This document shows positions 48,175 through 60,965 of a DNA stretch of 64,000 bases, piece after piece. This DNA comes from Selaginella moellendorffii (lineage: Eukaryota > Plantae > Lycopodiophyta). Numbering within the stretch: the stretch's first letter is position 1; each line of letters begins with the position of its first letter. The stretch is taken from positions 768,736 to 832,735 of the forward strand of contig NW_003314302.1 of the NCBI RefSeq assembly GCF_000143415.4, read 5' to 3'. The notes below the pieces were generated by a model that worked only from the letters and a program-made list of their open reading frames with translations, was not told where the DNA came from and made no database searches. A program made the position numbers and the translations under genes.

Positions 48175-50913
48175 TTACACGTCCTTTCCATTTGCTCCAT
48201 TCACCTCTTCTTTTTTCCCAAGCTCTGGAACAGCGCTCGCGGCCGTAGCTTTGTTGGATTTGGACGAAAAATCCCACAGCATGATGCTCGCTGCGAGCGT
48301 CAAGATCATCTTTGGCCTCACCTGGATCAAACAATGGATCGATCAAAAGTTTGTAACTAAGAAAGAAAGGAAGAGACATCTTCTTTCTTTACCTCTACAA
48401 TGTCATCCCACAGGAGGAAGATCGAGCAGCCAAGTTTTCGTGCCACGCTGATGATATAGTTTGCGTTTTGCTTCCTATCCTCGTCTGGATGAAAAGCAAA
48501 AAAAATGAAGGTGGACAACAAAAACCAAGCTTGCCTACCTGTTTCTCCCTTTGTAACTAGATTCCAGTTCACTACTCTTGGCTCCACAGCAGCAAGGAGA
48601 TCGAGAAAGAAGATACCATTCGCCAGACTTTTATCCTATCGCAGGTCCAGGAAAGATTTATGAGATTGACAGAAATCGTGCACAAAAGGCGGGCTTACCT
48701 TGAAGCTGTCCATTCTCGACTCTCTACCAGCACGCTTAACTTTCTCATTTGTCCACTGTAGAATATCCGCATCGGAGACCTCTTTGCCGTGCAGTCTCAG
48801 CTTCTTAAGTACGTGAAGCATGCTATATCTCATCAGTTGCCACAAAAAAGCTGCACAACAAGTGCAATTGTTAGGAGTTCTTCGAGCTTGAGGTAAGCGA
48901 GAAGTACCTAAAATGAGCTTTTTGTTTCCTTGAACAATGTCGTTTCCTGCTACGTTCACTAGCGACAGCTTCATGCCTTTTCCAATGTCCACAACCTGAT
49001 TGCAGTTCTCAACTTTCTTGAACGGCATCTTGATCGGGGGTCTGTTTGCGTGCTTCCAGTTGACACATCCCGGGTTTAGCTTGTCAAGAACCTCGAGCAA
49101 AACCCATCTGCAATCGTAGATTCAAATGTTAGGAGGGTCAAAATTAAATAGAAGAAAACTTACCCATCCCGAACATCCTCGAAGAGATGATGAAGGTAAG
49201 TGTCCATTCCCAGGCTGTTGATCCACATGCGAAACGCGCGTTCCTCTCTCGTGTCCTGCTCATCGTCCTGGATCATCTCGGCAAATGTTACTGCCACCTT
49301 GCTGGTGTCCAGCGTCAGACCATTTCTGAAAAGAGACAGAAAATCAGAGGATGCAATCTTGTTCGATATAAAAACTACTACCGCTCGTGGAAAAGGTGCG
49401 CTATGAATGCCAGGTTCAAATTTGCAGAGCCGTCAACAACATCCTTTGGTGATAAGTACTTTTTGCAGTTGATTTTCTCTGCTTGAGACAGTAGTAATGC
49501 CGCCCTTTCCAACCCATCCTTTTCCAGAGGAGCCAGGCTACAGCTTTCAGGTGCTAACGCATGCAAAAGCAATGTATAAGCTTCACCATCCTATCCACAA
49601 AAGGTTCACTTATTAAGTCCTATTACCATGTTTTCAAAAATTTTGAAGACATACCTTGACATCAGAAGAGAAATTAGTAACTTCTTTCTTGTAGCCACAT
49701 TTTTTCAGATGGAAGTTCATCCACTTCAACAGCATTTTCTCGGCTGGTAGATGCAGGAGCTCTTCAACTTCCTGTGTACGATTAAAAATGTAAGAAAATA
49801 CCACTATCTACATAGATCGTGAAACCATACCTCGCTATCGTTCAGCACCTCCACTAGTTCTGGTGTCTGTTTCAGGTTGACAACCGAAAGAAGCTGAATC
49901 TGGAAAAGAAAAATACAAAATGATGAGAAAGAAACTTTAACGTCTAGATTACTAGCTTACCTTCACGATTTGAGAAATCAAACCAAGAACCAAATGCGGC
50001 TGGCAGGACAAAGGAAAGGTCTCAGTATACTTTAAAGCACATGATCAGAAGTACTAACCCTGCCCTCTGCAAGATCTTCCGTTCCTATATTGACAACAGA
50101 ACAACCGATCGCTTTCGCTGAATTCAGACACAGTTTATGATTCTCGACTCTTTCCCAAGGATTTAGCCTGCTCTTGATGTTTAATGCTCTCTCGTCGATA
50201 GTTCCAGGAGCCGCCACGTTGATAAGCTTGCTTTTCAAAAGAAACAGTGATCCATAAGAAATCAAATAGCCATGTGAGAAAGCGGCACTTACCACAGCAA
50301 AATTCCATCCTTGACAATTTCAAACAAGTCGCCCCCGGATGCATCGATCGGCAAAACAGGATCCAACACGGAGTCGTCGGCCAAGTAGCTGTTGATGTGA
50401 TCAACGTACGCTTTCTTCTCCGAGTCACTGATCGTATGAATCAGCATTGTTGTGGCATCCTTTAGAAACGCGGAGGTTCGGTGAGGGCCGATAACTTTCG
50501 GGCTTCCAATCTTTTGTAGATGCAAATACATCTACACACGCAAATCACCACACTTGTCAATCCAAAGATCTCTCTAGAAATTTTTCTCTCCGTTACCTGA
50601 AGGAAAGATTCGAAATCCAGGCCTCCGGTAAAACCTGGATCGTGCTGCTTCATGATTCCAACGACCTCCTCCGGCGTTAGCGCCTGCTGGAAAAATCCCA
50701 GCTTCGAAGTGCCATGCTCCAAACCAGCCGCGGTGATCCGTCCAGAGTCATCTTTGAGCAAATCAAACTACGAACAGGAGGAAGAGAAGAAAAACCATGA
50801 GAGCTAGAAAAATTTATATCGTGAACCTGCGTCTTCAAGTAGCGCAGCTCCTTCTGAGTGAACTGACTCGCCAGAGATGGATCCGACACCACCACGCCTC
50901 CAAATCCCGCCAT
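48175..50913 (-). CDS. FIM: Fimbrin (actin-bundling, four CH domains), multi-exon
   Basis: [68 protein letters not shown] and [14 protein letters not shown]. Confidence 0.95.
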
Positions 50914-51283
50914 CGCTGCTGCTCTAGACGCGCAATCTGATGCTACATTCTCGCCCTAGGGCAGACTCCTCCCAGATCGATCGCGGGGGCCCTTAAGACA
51001 CGATATTTCGAGGAAATCGAGCGCGATGGAGTGGAAGCGCCGCCCTCTCCCCCATCGCTTGACCTGGAAAATTTGTCCCTCGTAGTCTTTTAGGATTTGG
51101 CCTCGCCGACCATCGTTCGATCCCCCCTAAAAGAATTTTAAAAAACCTTGGACAGTTGTAAGTTTAATTGAGTTGCCCTAAATCGGGATTTAAATTCACG
51201 TAATTTAAGATGAATGTCCATAGGATCTACCATGTACGAAAAGAATAATCTTCGTGGCCGTGATCATTGGGCTTTAAAAGTTT

Positions 51284-52523
51284 TTAGCGCTTTTTGTAGA
51301 GGCAAGGTTTGAGCTCCGGCCAAGAGAGTTTCTTGGAGGAAGAACGATCGTCTTTGTCTTTGCGGAGGTAGAAAAGTAAGAACATTTTGTTCGAATCATC
51401 CTGCCAGGAATCGAGAGATGAGAACGTCTTCTACTAGCAATTTACCTGTTTGACGAGACTGAAGCCAAGGGATTTCAATCCCCTGAGGAAAACTTGAGGA
51501 TCGGCGCCGTGGTTTGCAGGATCAAAGCGGCTCTTCACTTCTGCTATCAAGAGCCATCCTCTGGCACAGCAAAAAGTTTAGTTTCGCCAGCTAAAAACTT
51601 AAGAGAAAGCTTCCTTCTTACTTGGCCTTTAGAACACGATGAGCTTCTTTGAGATAGCTTGGATAATCCGTTCCCATGAGGGACAGGCAAAACACTGCTA
51701 CATCCACTGAGGAACTGGGAATAGGCGTCTGAAAATTCATGAAAAAAAAGAAACAACAATGGATCAATGGACAAAACAATGGGAACAGTGAACAGTGGAA
51801 AGTTTTGGAACTTACACTGGCCATGTTGCACGCGGTGACTACAGGATCATTGGAAACAAGATCGAATGAAAAAACTTTGTTCTTGACGCTTTTGGCGAGC
51901 CTAGCATCACCTAGAAATCACACACAAAAAAACAAACACGATCAACAAGAGAGAACTCTGGAATTGCTCTATGTACCACAGCCAAAATCCGCGACTACCA
52001 AGTTGGAGTTTCTGGAATTTAGCCACTCGATGATCACATCGACTGGAAGCTTGGGCCATCGAGACATTTGTTCTTGGTATCCTGCGTGGTACTAGTTGAT
52101 ACAGTTAGCTTGAGAAAAAAGAATTCGAGGATTCTTGATCAGTTCTCACCAGTTTGAAAGCGTCGGGATCCTTATCAAAGTAGTCTTTAGCTCCTTCTCC
52201 ACTGCATTGCAAGAACAAGAAAACTTTAGAGCTAAGCAAAAAATCGAGATCTCAAACCTGCGAGTGTAGAGAACTTCATTGAGCATGCGAAATTGGCCGC
52301 CGGAAAGCCTCTGCCGCATCTATGGAGAGAGGCAAATCGGATTCAAGAAATTTCTCTCGATTCATACCTTGTCTAGAACACTCGTGGATTTCTTCTGTGA
52401 ATCTTTCCTCCCGGAGTGCTGCCGCTTCTCCAGGCCATCACAAATCCCTGATACTTGATGCGCAGCGCCGCCATTCTCCTTCGCCTTCTTCCCAGAATCC
52501 CCATTCTCTCGCTTGCGCTTCAT
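51284..52523 (-). CDS. RRP8: rRNA m1A methyltransferase RRP8/nucleomethylin, multi-exon
   Basis: [63 protein letters not shown] and LKPCLYKKR*. Confidence 0.93.
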
Positions 52524-52628
52524 CGAAGAACCCTAAACCTCGTGACGAATTGGGAACTGCCACGTGTCTCTCTTGCTCCCCAGAATTAGGGAATGCCGTG
52601 AGCTAGGGCAAGAAGCTCCGGCGCGCGG

Positions 52629-54156
52629 ATGAGCGAGAATGCGGGGTCTCCGGCGGGCGGGGGATTGATGGCACTGGCAGGGCGGAAGATCTTCCTCAGC
52701 ACATTCATGCGCCGCGGCTCAATCTGGGCGCCGACGCTGCTGCTACTGCTCGCCTATCTCGTCCTCCACGGTGCCAGCAATGTGTTCTTTTTCGAGTCTC
52801 GGGCAGTCGTCCAGAGCATCGGCCCAGCTGCCAGGCACCTCAAATCCTCCGAGAGCTTGATTGCGCTGCCGGTAAGCGAGTCCCGGCCTCTTAGAATCTT
52901 CATGCATGATCTGCCTAGCAAATTTACTTACGGGGTAGTGGAGCGCTATCTTAGATCCAGAGGGATTGCTAGGAACGACAAGAGATTGAGGTATCCAGGG
53001 ACGCAGCACAGCGCCGAGTGGTGGCTTTTCTACGATCTAGAACAGGGAGAGGACAGGAGGCTGAGTGATTCGTCGGTGAGAGTGATGAATCCGCAAGAGG
53101 CCGATGTGTTCTACGTGCCGTTTTTCTCGTCCTTGAGCTTGGTGGTCGGGAATGGCAAGAGTGAGGACGATGAAGATCCTTACAGTGATGAAGATACCCA
53201 GGAAGAACTCATGGCATGGCTGGAAGAACAGGAAAGCTGGAAGAAAAACAAGGGAAGGGATCACGTAGTGATTTGCCAGGATCCAAATGCCTTGAAAAGG
53301 CTGAGGGATCGTCTCAAGAACACGGTTCTTTTGCTCTCTGACTTTGAGAGGTTTAAGCCGGATCAAGCTTCTCTAGTCAAGGACGTGGTTCTTCCATACA
53401 CTCATCGGATCGACTCATACTCCAACGAAAACGTAACTCTCGACCGGGACACGCTTCTGTTCTTCATGGGAAACCGCTACAGGAAAGAGGTACTATGAAT
53501 TCTCCGAAGCTTTTCGATAAAAAATCTCTTTGTTCTTTGTTTCCAGGGTGGTAAGATCCGAGACCAGTTGTTTCAAGTCTTAGATGTCGAGCCTGACATG
53601 GTGATGAAACACGGCACGCAATCTCGCGAAGGACGCAGGCTCGCGAAAGTTGGAATGCAAACTTCCAAGTTTTGCTTGCATCCTGCTGGTGATACTCCAT
53701 CGGCTTGCCGGCTCTTCGATGCGATCGTGAGTGTTTGCGTGCCGGTGATCGTGAGCGACGACATCGAGCTCCCGTTCGAGGACGAGCTCGATTACTCCGA
53801 GTTTGCGATCTTCGTTCCTTCGATCAACGCTTTGGAGCCAGGATATCTTGGCTCCTACTTGAGGAGTATCTCTCCAGATTTGCTCAAGCAAAAGCAGCAG
53901 CGGCTTCGCGAGGTGAGATCCATTTGTTCTTCTTTAAGTTGGAGAAAACTCTGCTTTTTTTCGAGTTTTTCACTAAAAGTAATCGTTTATTTTCTTGAAG
54001 GTGAGAAAGTATTTCGAGTATGAAGAGAAAGGGGGCGCAGTAGAAATGATCTGGCTCCAAGTGAAGAAAAAGCTTCCTTTTATACGGACGATGATAAATC
54101 GTGACAAGCGCCTCGTGGAGAGGAGCTCGGGGAACTGCTCGTGTATATGTTCGTAG
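52629..54156 (+). CDS. GT47/exostosin glycosyltransferase, ARAD1-like, three exons
   Basis: Type II TM; QHSAEWW, ADVFYVPFFSSLS, GRDHV, KDVVLPYTH, KFCLHPAGDTPSACRLFDAI and IELPFED. Confidence 0.92.
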
Positions 54157-54360
54157 AATATACTTTGTACGAAAAAAGAATAATCCTGACCAAAAAGATT
54201 CGCTTCCCGCCAGAATTTGTATTTGGCGCCTTTGGGGTGGAGTCTTTAGCATCCTCCCGCTTTCGCCCTAGCCTAGCGCAAGATATTTCGATCGTCTCGC
54301 GATAGCGCCCAGCATTTTGATCTGTCTGCGCTGTGAGGCCGTGACTCGGAAGCTTGATCG

Positions 54361-56045
54361 ATGCGGTTTCTTCTCGGAGATGCAGGTAAGTAGCGTGGAT
54401 TCTTTGCTTTTAGAGAACTAGAACTGGTTCTCGTCTCGGCAGATCTTTCTGGCGCTGGCGCCATGGAGCTGGGACTGGAAAACGCGTTGCCGGATGCGAT
54501 TCTCAAGCGAGGTGAGAAGATTTTGAGATTTTTCGTTTGATGGAAGCTTGTTTCATCGCGGCAGATCTTTCTGGTGCCGGCGCCATGGAGCTGGGATCGC
54601 TAGACACCCAGCAAGGTAAGGCCGTTTCGAGAATCTCACTCCAGCGCATTCACGCATCTCCACACACAGATCTTTCTGGCGCTGTGGAGGGATTGATGGA
54701 CGTGCTACCGGACGCCATCGTCCAGCATTTGCTATGCCTCCTCAGCAATGCCGAGGACGTAGCGGCGTGCTCGTGCGTTTGCAAGAGGTGGAGGGAGCTC
54801 ATGGGCAGCGTGAGGAGGCTGGTCTTTCCAAGGAGTCTCAGCGACAAGGGGCTCCATTCGAGCACCCTTGTGAGCCGGATGGTCCGCAGCACGGCGGAGC
54901 TCGAGGAGCTCGTGGTCTACTGCACGCTTACCTCTGCCGGGCTCATGGAATGCGTAGCGCACGCTGCCAAGAGCTTGAAGCTTCTCGAGTTTCGGGTGGA
55001 GGAGGGTTCGGACAAGGCTTGCGTGGGCAAGCTCGAGGTTCTCAGCTGCAGCTCCTGCGACTTAGAGACACTGAGGCTGTGGGGAGGAATTCTTCTTCAC
55101 TCTCCGGTGGGCTTGAGGAGTTTCACAGGCTTGAGGACGCTCGAGGTTGTGGGTGCTCGGATCCGAGACGGTGCTTTGAGGGGGATTCTGGCAGCCTGTC
55201 CGGCTCTCAGAGAACTGGCTTTGCTGGGCTGTGATGGGATAAGGTCGGTGTGCGTGGAGCTGAAAGAACTGGAGAGATGCCGCCTTGATTTTTGTGGATC
55301 TGGAGATAATTGTTTCGTCTCAGTGGCCGCTCCGAAGCTCAGAGTCTTGGAAGTTCAGGGAGCCTCGTACATTCGTATCGCGGAAGATTCGTCTCTACAG
55401 CATTTGTCTATCGCAAAACAGACAGGTACTCATTCTTTGTTTCAATCCAGCTTTGACACTGTTTGTTTTTATTTTTGGCAGGAATGCTTGCCAATGTGGA
55501 AGTGGGAAAACTTCCTGCTCTGGCGTCCCTGTCTATCAGAGGTCTTCAATGGGATTGGGGTGCTATCCAGAAGATGCTGCAGTCTGCCACACAAGTCGAG
55601 ACGCTCTACATGAAGATTGAATTTTGTGGTGATGACGAAGCTTTTGAGCCTTTCCGTGACATCGACTTTGGAGATTTTCTCACGAGCCATCCTAAGTTAA
55701 AGAAGCTTGATGCCCATGGGGCATTGTTTGCTTCCTTGGTGCTGAAGGAGGAGGTAGACTTGTATACTCAAGCCATTGCTCTTAGTCTAACATCTTTTTT
55801 GTCTTTTGTAGATTGCCACTCCTCCGCTTGCTCTGCGCTTAGAAGAAGCAAACATAACCATTAGATCGCCTCTCAATGCAGAGAGGAAGCTGCAAGTCTT
55901 GAAGAGTATGATAAGTTGGAGTCCACTTTTGAGGAAAGTTCGGCTAAGAATAACACAGATGAAGTGCACTGACATCGAAGCTGACGAATTTTTTCTCAAC
56001 CTCATTAGATTGAAATGCGTTTACGATTTCATCACAATTGACTGA
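54361..56045 (+). CDS. F-box/LRR protein (At1g10780-like) with duplicated 5' exons; start uncertain (54361, 54463 or 54696)
   Basis: MDVLPDAIVQHLL..LSNAEDVAACSCVCKRW; LRR-like L.LWG, LEVVGA, CPAL.ELALLGC; KIEFCGD and IRSPLNA. Confidence 0.85.
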
Positions 56046-56173
56046 GGTCATAAAAACTTCACAACTCTCTATCCATCAGTAACTAACATTTTCTCTCCTT
56101 TTGCAGATTGATAATCACAGCATTTATTTGCTAAGAGCCAATGTAAGTTCTTCCCAGATTGATAGATAAATGG

Positions 56174-57670
56174 ATGGATTCCCAGCTTCTCGGTGCTATC
56201 AAGTCGTGCAACACGCTTCAAGAAGCCAGAGATTTGCACTGCCTCGTCCAGCCCAGCAACTGCAGCGTCTTCCTGGCCAATCACCTCATTCAGATGTTCG
56301 GCAGATGCGGCAGTGTCGACCAGGCACGCAATATTTTCCACTCTTTGCATCCAAAGAACTCCTTCTCATGGGTACTAATGCTCTGCGCATGTACCAGGAA
56401 CGGGCATCTGGAGGAGGCCAAGGCGGTCTTCGATGCAATGCCGCACGCAAACAACCTGGTGGCACACAACGCCATGCTATCAGCATACGCCCAGCACGGG
56501 CACCCACAGCAAGCCATGGACTTCTTCGCCAGCATGCCAGAGAGAGATTTAATCTCGTGGAATACAGTGCTGGATCTCTCCTCGTCCACCAAGTATCCAG
56601 CCAACGCGAAGCTCATCTTCGAGACAATGCCGGAGTGGAACTTGGTCTCCTGGACAGCGATGCTCGCCGCGTATGCTCAGTCCGGGCATCTCCACGAGGC
56701 CAGAGAGCTCTTCGCCGCCATGGAAGAACGCGACGTGGTCTCCTGGACAGTGATGCTCACAGCCTACACTCAAGCCGGCAGCTCCATCGCAGAAGCCAGG
56801 GGGTTGTTTGACGCAATGCCAGAGAGAAACTTGGTATCATGGACAGTGATCCTAGCCGGCTACGCGCATAGTGGCGAGATCGACCAAGCCAGGGAGATCT
56901 TCTCCGCGATGCCAGAGAAGAACTTAGTGTCATGGACGGCGCTACTCACGGCCTGCACACGCCGCGGCCGAGTGGAAGAATCCAGGGCGGTGTTTGACGC
57001 TATGCCGGAGAGAAGCCTCTTCGCGTACACGGCTATACTCGCGGGCCACGCACAGGACGGGGACCTCGACCGCGCAAAGGGCGTGTTTGACGAGATGCCG
57101 GGCCGGGGCATTGCGGCGTGGACAGCGATGCTGGTGGCCTATGCCCGGAGGGGGCATCTCTCCAAAGCCAGGGCTCTCCTCCTCGCCATGCCCGAGAGGG
57201 ATATCATCTCGTGGAGCTCCATGCTCGCGGCGGTAGCTCACAGTGGAGACTCCAGTGGCGCGGCGAGGCTCTTCCAGTGGATGCAAATGGAGGGCGTCGC
57301 GGCGGAGAGAGCGTCACTGCTGTGCGTGCTAGTGGCAGTGAGCGATGCCGGGGATCTTGCCAGTGGCTGCCGATGGTTCGCTTCCATGGAGCTGGACTAT
57401 GGCGTGGCGCCGGGGAGGATCCACTACTGCTGCGTGGTCGATCTGATAAGCCGGGCTGGGCGATTGGACGAGGCCGAGGAGGTGGCGCTGGGAATGCCGG
57501 TGGAGGAGCGTGGAGAGAGCCCGGACTGGTGCCTGTGCTTGCTGGGCGCTGCTGGGAGTCAGAACGATGCCAGAGCCGGTGCCCGGGTTGCGAGAGCGGC
57601 GTTGGAGATGGATCCGGGTAGCAGCCAGTCGTTCGTGTTGCTGGAGAAGCTTTGCGGCTTGTCAGTGTGA
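56174..57670 (+). CDS. PLS-class pentatricopeptide repeat protein with E domain, no DYW, intronless
   Basis: Repeated ~31-aa units NLVSWTAMLAAYAQSGHL.EAR.LF.AMPE; IHYCCVVDLISRAGRLDEAEE; E-like W..LLGA...GARVA..ALEMDP. Confidence 0.92.
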   Translation: MDSQLLGAIKSCNTLQEARDLHCLVQPSNCSVFLANHLIQMFGRCGSVDQARNIFHSLHPKNSFSWVLMLCACTRNGHLEEAKAVFDAMPHANNLVAHNAMLSAYAQHGHPQQAMDFFASMPERDLISWNTVLDLSSSTKYPANAKLIFETMPEWNLVSWTAMLAAYAQSGHLHEARELFAAMEERDVVSWTVMLTAYTQAGSSIAEARGLFDAMPERNLVSWTVILAGYAHSGEIDQAREIFSAMPEKNLVSWTALLTACTRRGRVEESRAVFDAMPERSLFAYTAILAGHAQDGDLDRAKGVFDEMPGRGIAAWTAMLVAYARRGHLSKARALLLAMPERDIISWSSMLAAVAHSGDSSGAARLFQWMQMEGVAAERASLLCVLVAVSDAGDLASGCRWFASMELDYGVAPGRIHYCCVVDLISRAGRLDEAEEVALGMPVEERGESPDWCLCLLGAAGSQNDARAGARVARAALEMDPGSSQSFVLLEKLCGLSV

Positions 57671-58021
57671 ATGATAAGTTACTTGACGAGACTTTTATCC
57701 ACCAAGAAGAGTAGGGAGTTCCTGGCTGTCTGGTGATTGCCATCCACCAAGAAAGTTAGCTGGCTGGCTGGCTGGCTGGAATCCTTCTTGTGGATTGTCA
57801 ATGGATGAAGCTCGCCTAAACTTCCACCTTTTGGCGATTTGATTCCCCATCCAGAGTTCCGGGCTGCCTCGATCGAGAGAGTGAGTCGATCGATCTCGCG
57901 AAAACTGCGTCCATCGTCTACTACTTTACAAAAGCTGCCAGAGGAAGAGAACTGTTAGATCACCCACCAAGGACGAGCGAACTTCACACGACAAACCTGT
58001 GGAGAGACAGTCCGGGATGCG

Positions 58022-60178
58022 CTAGCAGCAAATCGGGCAGCGAATGAGTCCATTCTCGTTGCAATCCGGGCAGCGGCTCACCTGGCTCATCCCGCTGGGA
58101 AGATCACGCACCACCAGCTTGCAGCTCCCGCTACACTCGAGGCAGGGAATGAACCGGAGCCCGCCACAGCCATCGCAGACGCTAAACGGGTCTTCCTTCC
58201 GGATCCCTTCCAGCATCTTCACGAGCTTGCCTTCCTCATGTAGCCTCCTCACCTCCTCCGCGCCACCAATGTAGCGTCCTCGGATAAACAGCCGTGGAAC
58301 GCAGCACGCCGCCGCGGGCTCTATGTTGTCCAGCAGCTCTTTCAACTCCAGGCGGAAGTCCGAGTGCATGGAAACGTCCCTCTCGTCGATGTAGACCCCC
58401 AGGCTGTGCAGGATCATCTGGACGCCGTGGCACTCCTCGTAAGTTTTCCGGATCCCCCTCAGGCTGGTGCAGTAGAGGACGACGTTGTTCTCTCCCCCTG
58501 GCGGGCACCGCAACTCGAATCGCTCCAGAGGATCCTTTGCATCGTCCTCGTCCTCCTCGCTGTCGAGGAGTCCCATCTCCATTGGAGACGCGAGAACTTT
58601 GGAGAAGGAGATCTTCTTGGCCGTGCCCGAGGCCGCGAGGCTGTCGCGGAACGTCCAGAAGCTGTCCCACAGCACCAGGCCGGACGAGGGAGAAGACTTC
58701 GCGGTACTGCCACCTTTGCCGATGACTTTGGCCGGGATGGAGTTATAACGCGGCCCTTTGATGAGTGGCGCCTCTTCGTTGCTCGATTCATCGGAGTAAG
58801 CTGTTGCTGTCCCAGTTGTCGTCGTTAAGTCGTCCTCTTTCCCAGAGCACCACTCCTCGGCGGACAGGCTCTGGAAAGCTCGCTCGATCGAGGCCAGGAG
58901 CTCCGGATCAAACAGAGGCCCGCTCGCGTGCATGGGGCTCTTTATGTCCCCACTAGCACCACCGTCACCCCCCACAAGGTACTCATTTTGCTTCCTCTGG
59001 CCTCTGTCGGTGGTGGAGCAATAGCAGCAGCACTTACACGGCCTTCTTATCCCAAGGCCGCATTTTTTCTCCGCCACGCTGCTCCCTCGTCGAAACAAAG
59101 GTGACACCTCCTCTCCCGGCCCCTTCCTCGTCACCAGAGAAGTTAATGGCGTTCTCGTCGGCGTGCTCGGTCCCTGCTGCTGCTTGCGAGGAGTCCGATC
59201 AAACTTTGGCGCGCTGTTCTCCTTGTTCCCGGACGCAAAGGTGGCCGTTTTCTTGGCCTTCTTGGTGCCAGTGGAGGCGGCGTTGGTCTTCTTCGCTGTT
59301 GGAACACTGGGAACGGCACGAGCAGAAGGAGAGTTGGACAAGAGCTTGCCGCAGCTGCGGTTCCGGCACCGGCTGTTTACGTAGAAGTTGTAGATCTCCT
59401 TGAGCACCTTCTCGAGCGCAGCGGGCGATATCCCATCGATGGTGAGAATGGAGTCGAGCTTTTTGGCCGAGTGCATGGCCGCCGACCAGGACACCGAGCG
59501 GTGGTACAGGCGTCTCTTCCCCGCGTGGCGAGCCGAGAGGAAGGGGCTCTTCTTTCGCAGCGATGCCGAGGCTGGCGACGAGCAGCTGTCGCTCAGTAGC
59601 AGTGACCTCGAGCAGTCTTCCTCGAGCCCGTCCATGAGCTCCCAGATGTTGATCACCTCCGGCGGCTCTACGGGCTTGTTGATCTTGTCACAGCTGACGA
59701 GCTTGTTGACGCAACAGGCTGTCGAAGACGATGAAGCCACCGATGCGCCGGAGACGTCTATGGAAGTACAATTTTGAGGAGGAAGAGAAGCCGCCCCCCC
59801 TCCATCTCCTCCTCGACTTCCATTCCCAGTAGCTGGAGCTGGATTGATCGAGACCACCACCTCCTTGTCCGTGCAGTCCTCATAGTTCGTGATCGCTGGA
59901 GACGAGTAGCAATCTTCGTAGTTCGTGGGAGCTGGCGAGGGGGACGAGGAGATGTTGTTGTTGTTATTGCTGTTCCATCGCAGTAGACCATAGGTTGTGG
60001 ACGTGAGCGCAACAAAGTGGTGGTGGTGATGTCCACCGCCGCGAGATCGCCGCTTTCTCAATGGCGTGGAGACGCTCCTTAGCAGTGAGGATTTGCTGCT
60101 GCTATGGTGGTAGTTCCTGGAATTGCCGCTCCCAGATGTCGGTGTACAGTAGAGACAACGCGATGAAACGCACCCCAT
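58022..60178 (-). CDS. Glutaredoxin-like domain protein with Cys-rich C-terminus (At5g39865/GRXCR type), intronless
   Basis: N-terminal MGCVSS; ALTSTTYG, EVINIWELMDGL, LFDPELLA, VVLYCTSLRGIRKTYEEC, ERDVSM, PRLFI.GRYIGG and CxxCGG.RFIPCxxCSGS...CPDCNENGLIRCPIC. Confidence 0.93.
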   Translation of the reverse strand: MGCVSSRCLYCTPTSGSGNSRNYHHSSSKSSLLRSVSTPLRKRRSRGGGHHHHHFVALTSTTYGLLRWNSNNNNNISSSPSPAPTNYEDCYSSPAITNYEDCTDKEVVVSINPAPATGNGSRGGDGGGAASLPPQNCTSIDVSGASVASSSSTACCVNKLVSCDKINKPVEPPEVINIWELMDGLEEDCSRSLLLSDSCSSPASASLRKKSPFLSARHAGKRRLYHRSVSWSAAMHSAKKLDSILTIDGISPAALEKVLKEIYNFYVNSRCRNRSCGKLLSNSPSARAVPSVPTAKKTNAASTGTKKAKKTATFASGNKENSAPKFDRTPRKQQQGPSTPTRTPLTSLVTRKGPGEEVSPLFRRGSSVAEKKCGLGIRRPCKCCCYCSTTDRGQRKQNEYLVGGDGGASGDIKSPMHASGPLFDPELLASIERAFQSLSAEEWCSGKEDDLTTTTGTATAYSDESSNEEAPLIKGPRYNSIPAKVIGKGGSTAKSSPSSGLVLWDSFWTFRDSLAASGTAKKISFSKVLASPMEMGLLDSEEDEDDAKDPLERFELRCPPGGENNVVLYCTSLRGIRKTYEECHGVQMILHSLGVYIDERDVSMHSDFRLELKELLDNIEPAAACCVPRLFIRGRYIGGAEEVRRLHEEGKLVKMLEGIRKEDPFSVCDGCGGLRFIPCLECSGSCKLVVRDLPSGMSQVSRCPDCNENGLIRCPICC

Positions 60179-60965
60179 GTCCTCGATTCCTGCCACAATA
60201 GAAAGAAATGCTGATCAGAGCTTGCATAGACGATGGAAATCTTCGCAATGCGCCTCGATCTAGACGATCGATCGATATTTAGCTTCATCTAGCCTGGATC
60301 GATGGATTCTAGCCAAGCTGTACTCGCGAAACCAGAAAAATCCGATCGAAACACCCCAGACTGCCTAGATTCTAGCAATGCGCTCTCCAAATCCCGAAAT
60401 ATCGATCCATACGCACCTTAGCAGCCGCGATCGAAGAGCATCACATCGATCGGCGCCTCGTCGTCATCCATCCACGCCTCGCGAGAGAAGAAGCGCATTC
60501 CTCTCAACCAAAAACCCTAAAGTTCCTCCTTGTAAATGGCACGATCCCAACGGCTGGATTCCAGCCTGACGTTCCCCAGCGTTTTTTTCTTAACCCCAAC
60601 GGTCAAGAAGGAAGGCCACACCAACGGCCAGGATCCCTCCAATCCAAGCCGTCCAAACAAGTTTGTTACTTAGTGCTAAGTGTCTCATAACTTAGATAAT
60701 TATATGACGGCTTCCCAAGTTTGATCGAAGTAGGATTCTACACACACAAAATCATCACAAACTCGATCAAAGCCTCCTCCAATTAAAATCATACTTACTT
60801 CCTTGTGCCGATCAATCCAAATAGCTCCCAGCACCAATCTATAACTCGATCAGATAGAAGTTCTTGCAAGATCACACGAACTTACTTCCGTGATGACCGA
60901 ATCCATTCAAGCAGCTGCAGTACCGGGATCTGTAAGAACACCAAAGTTTCGCTCTTACTGTTAGA

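Noticed and set aside
56170-57743. Additional long ORFs overlapping the PPR gene
   Set aside because: Shadow ORFs of GC-rich repetitive coding sequence.
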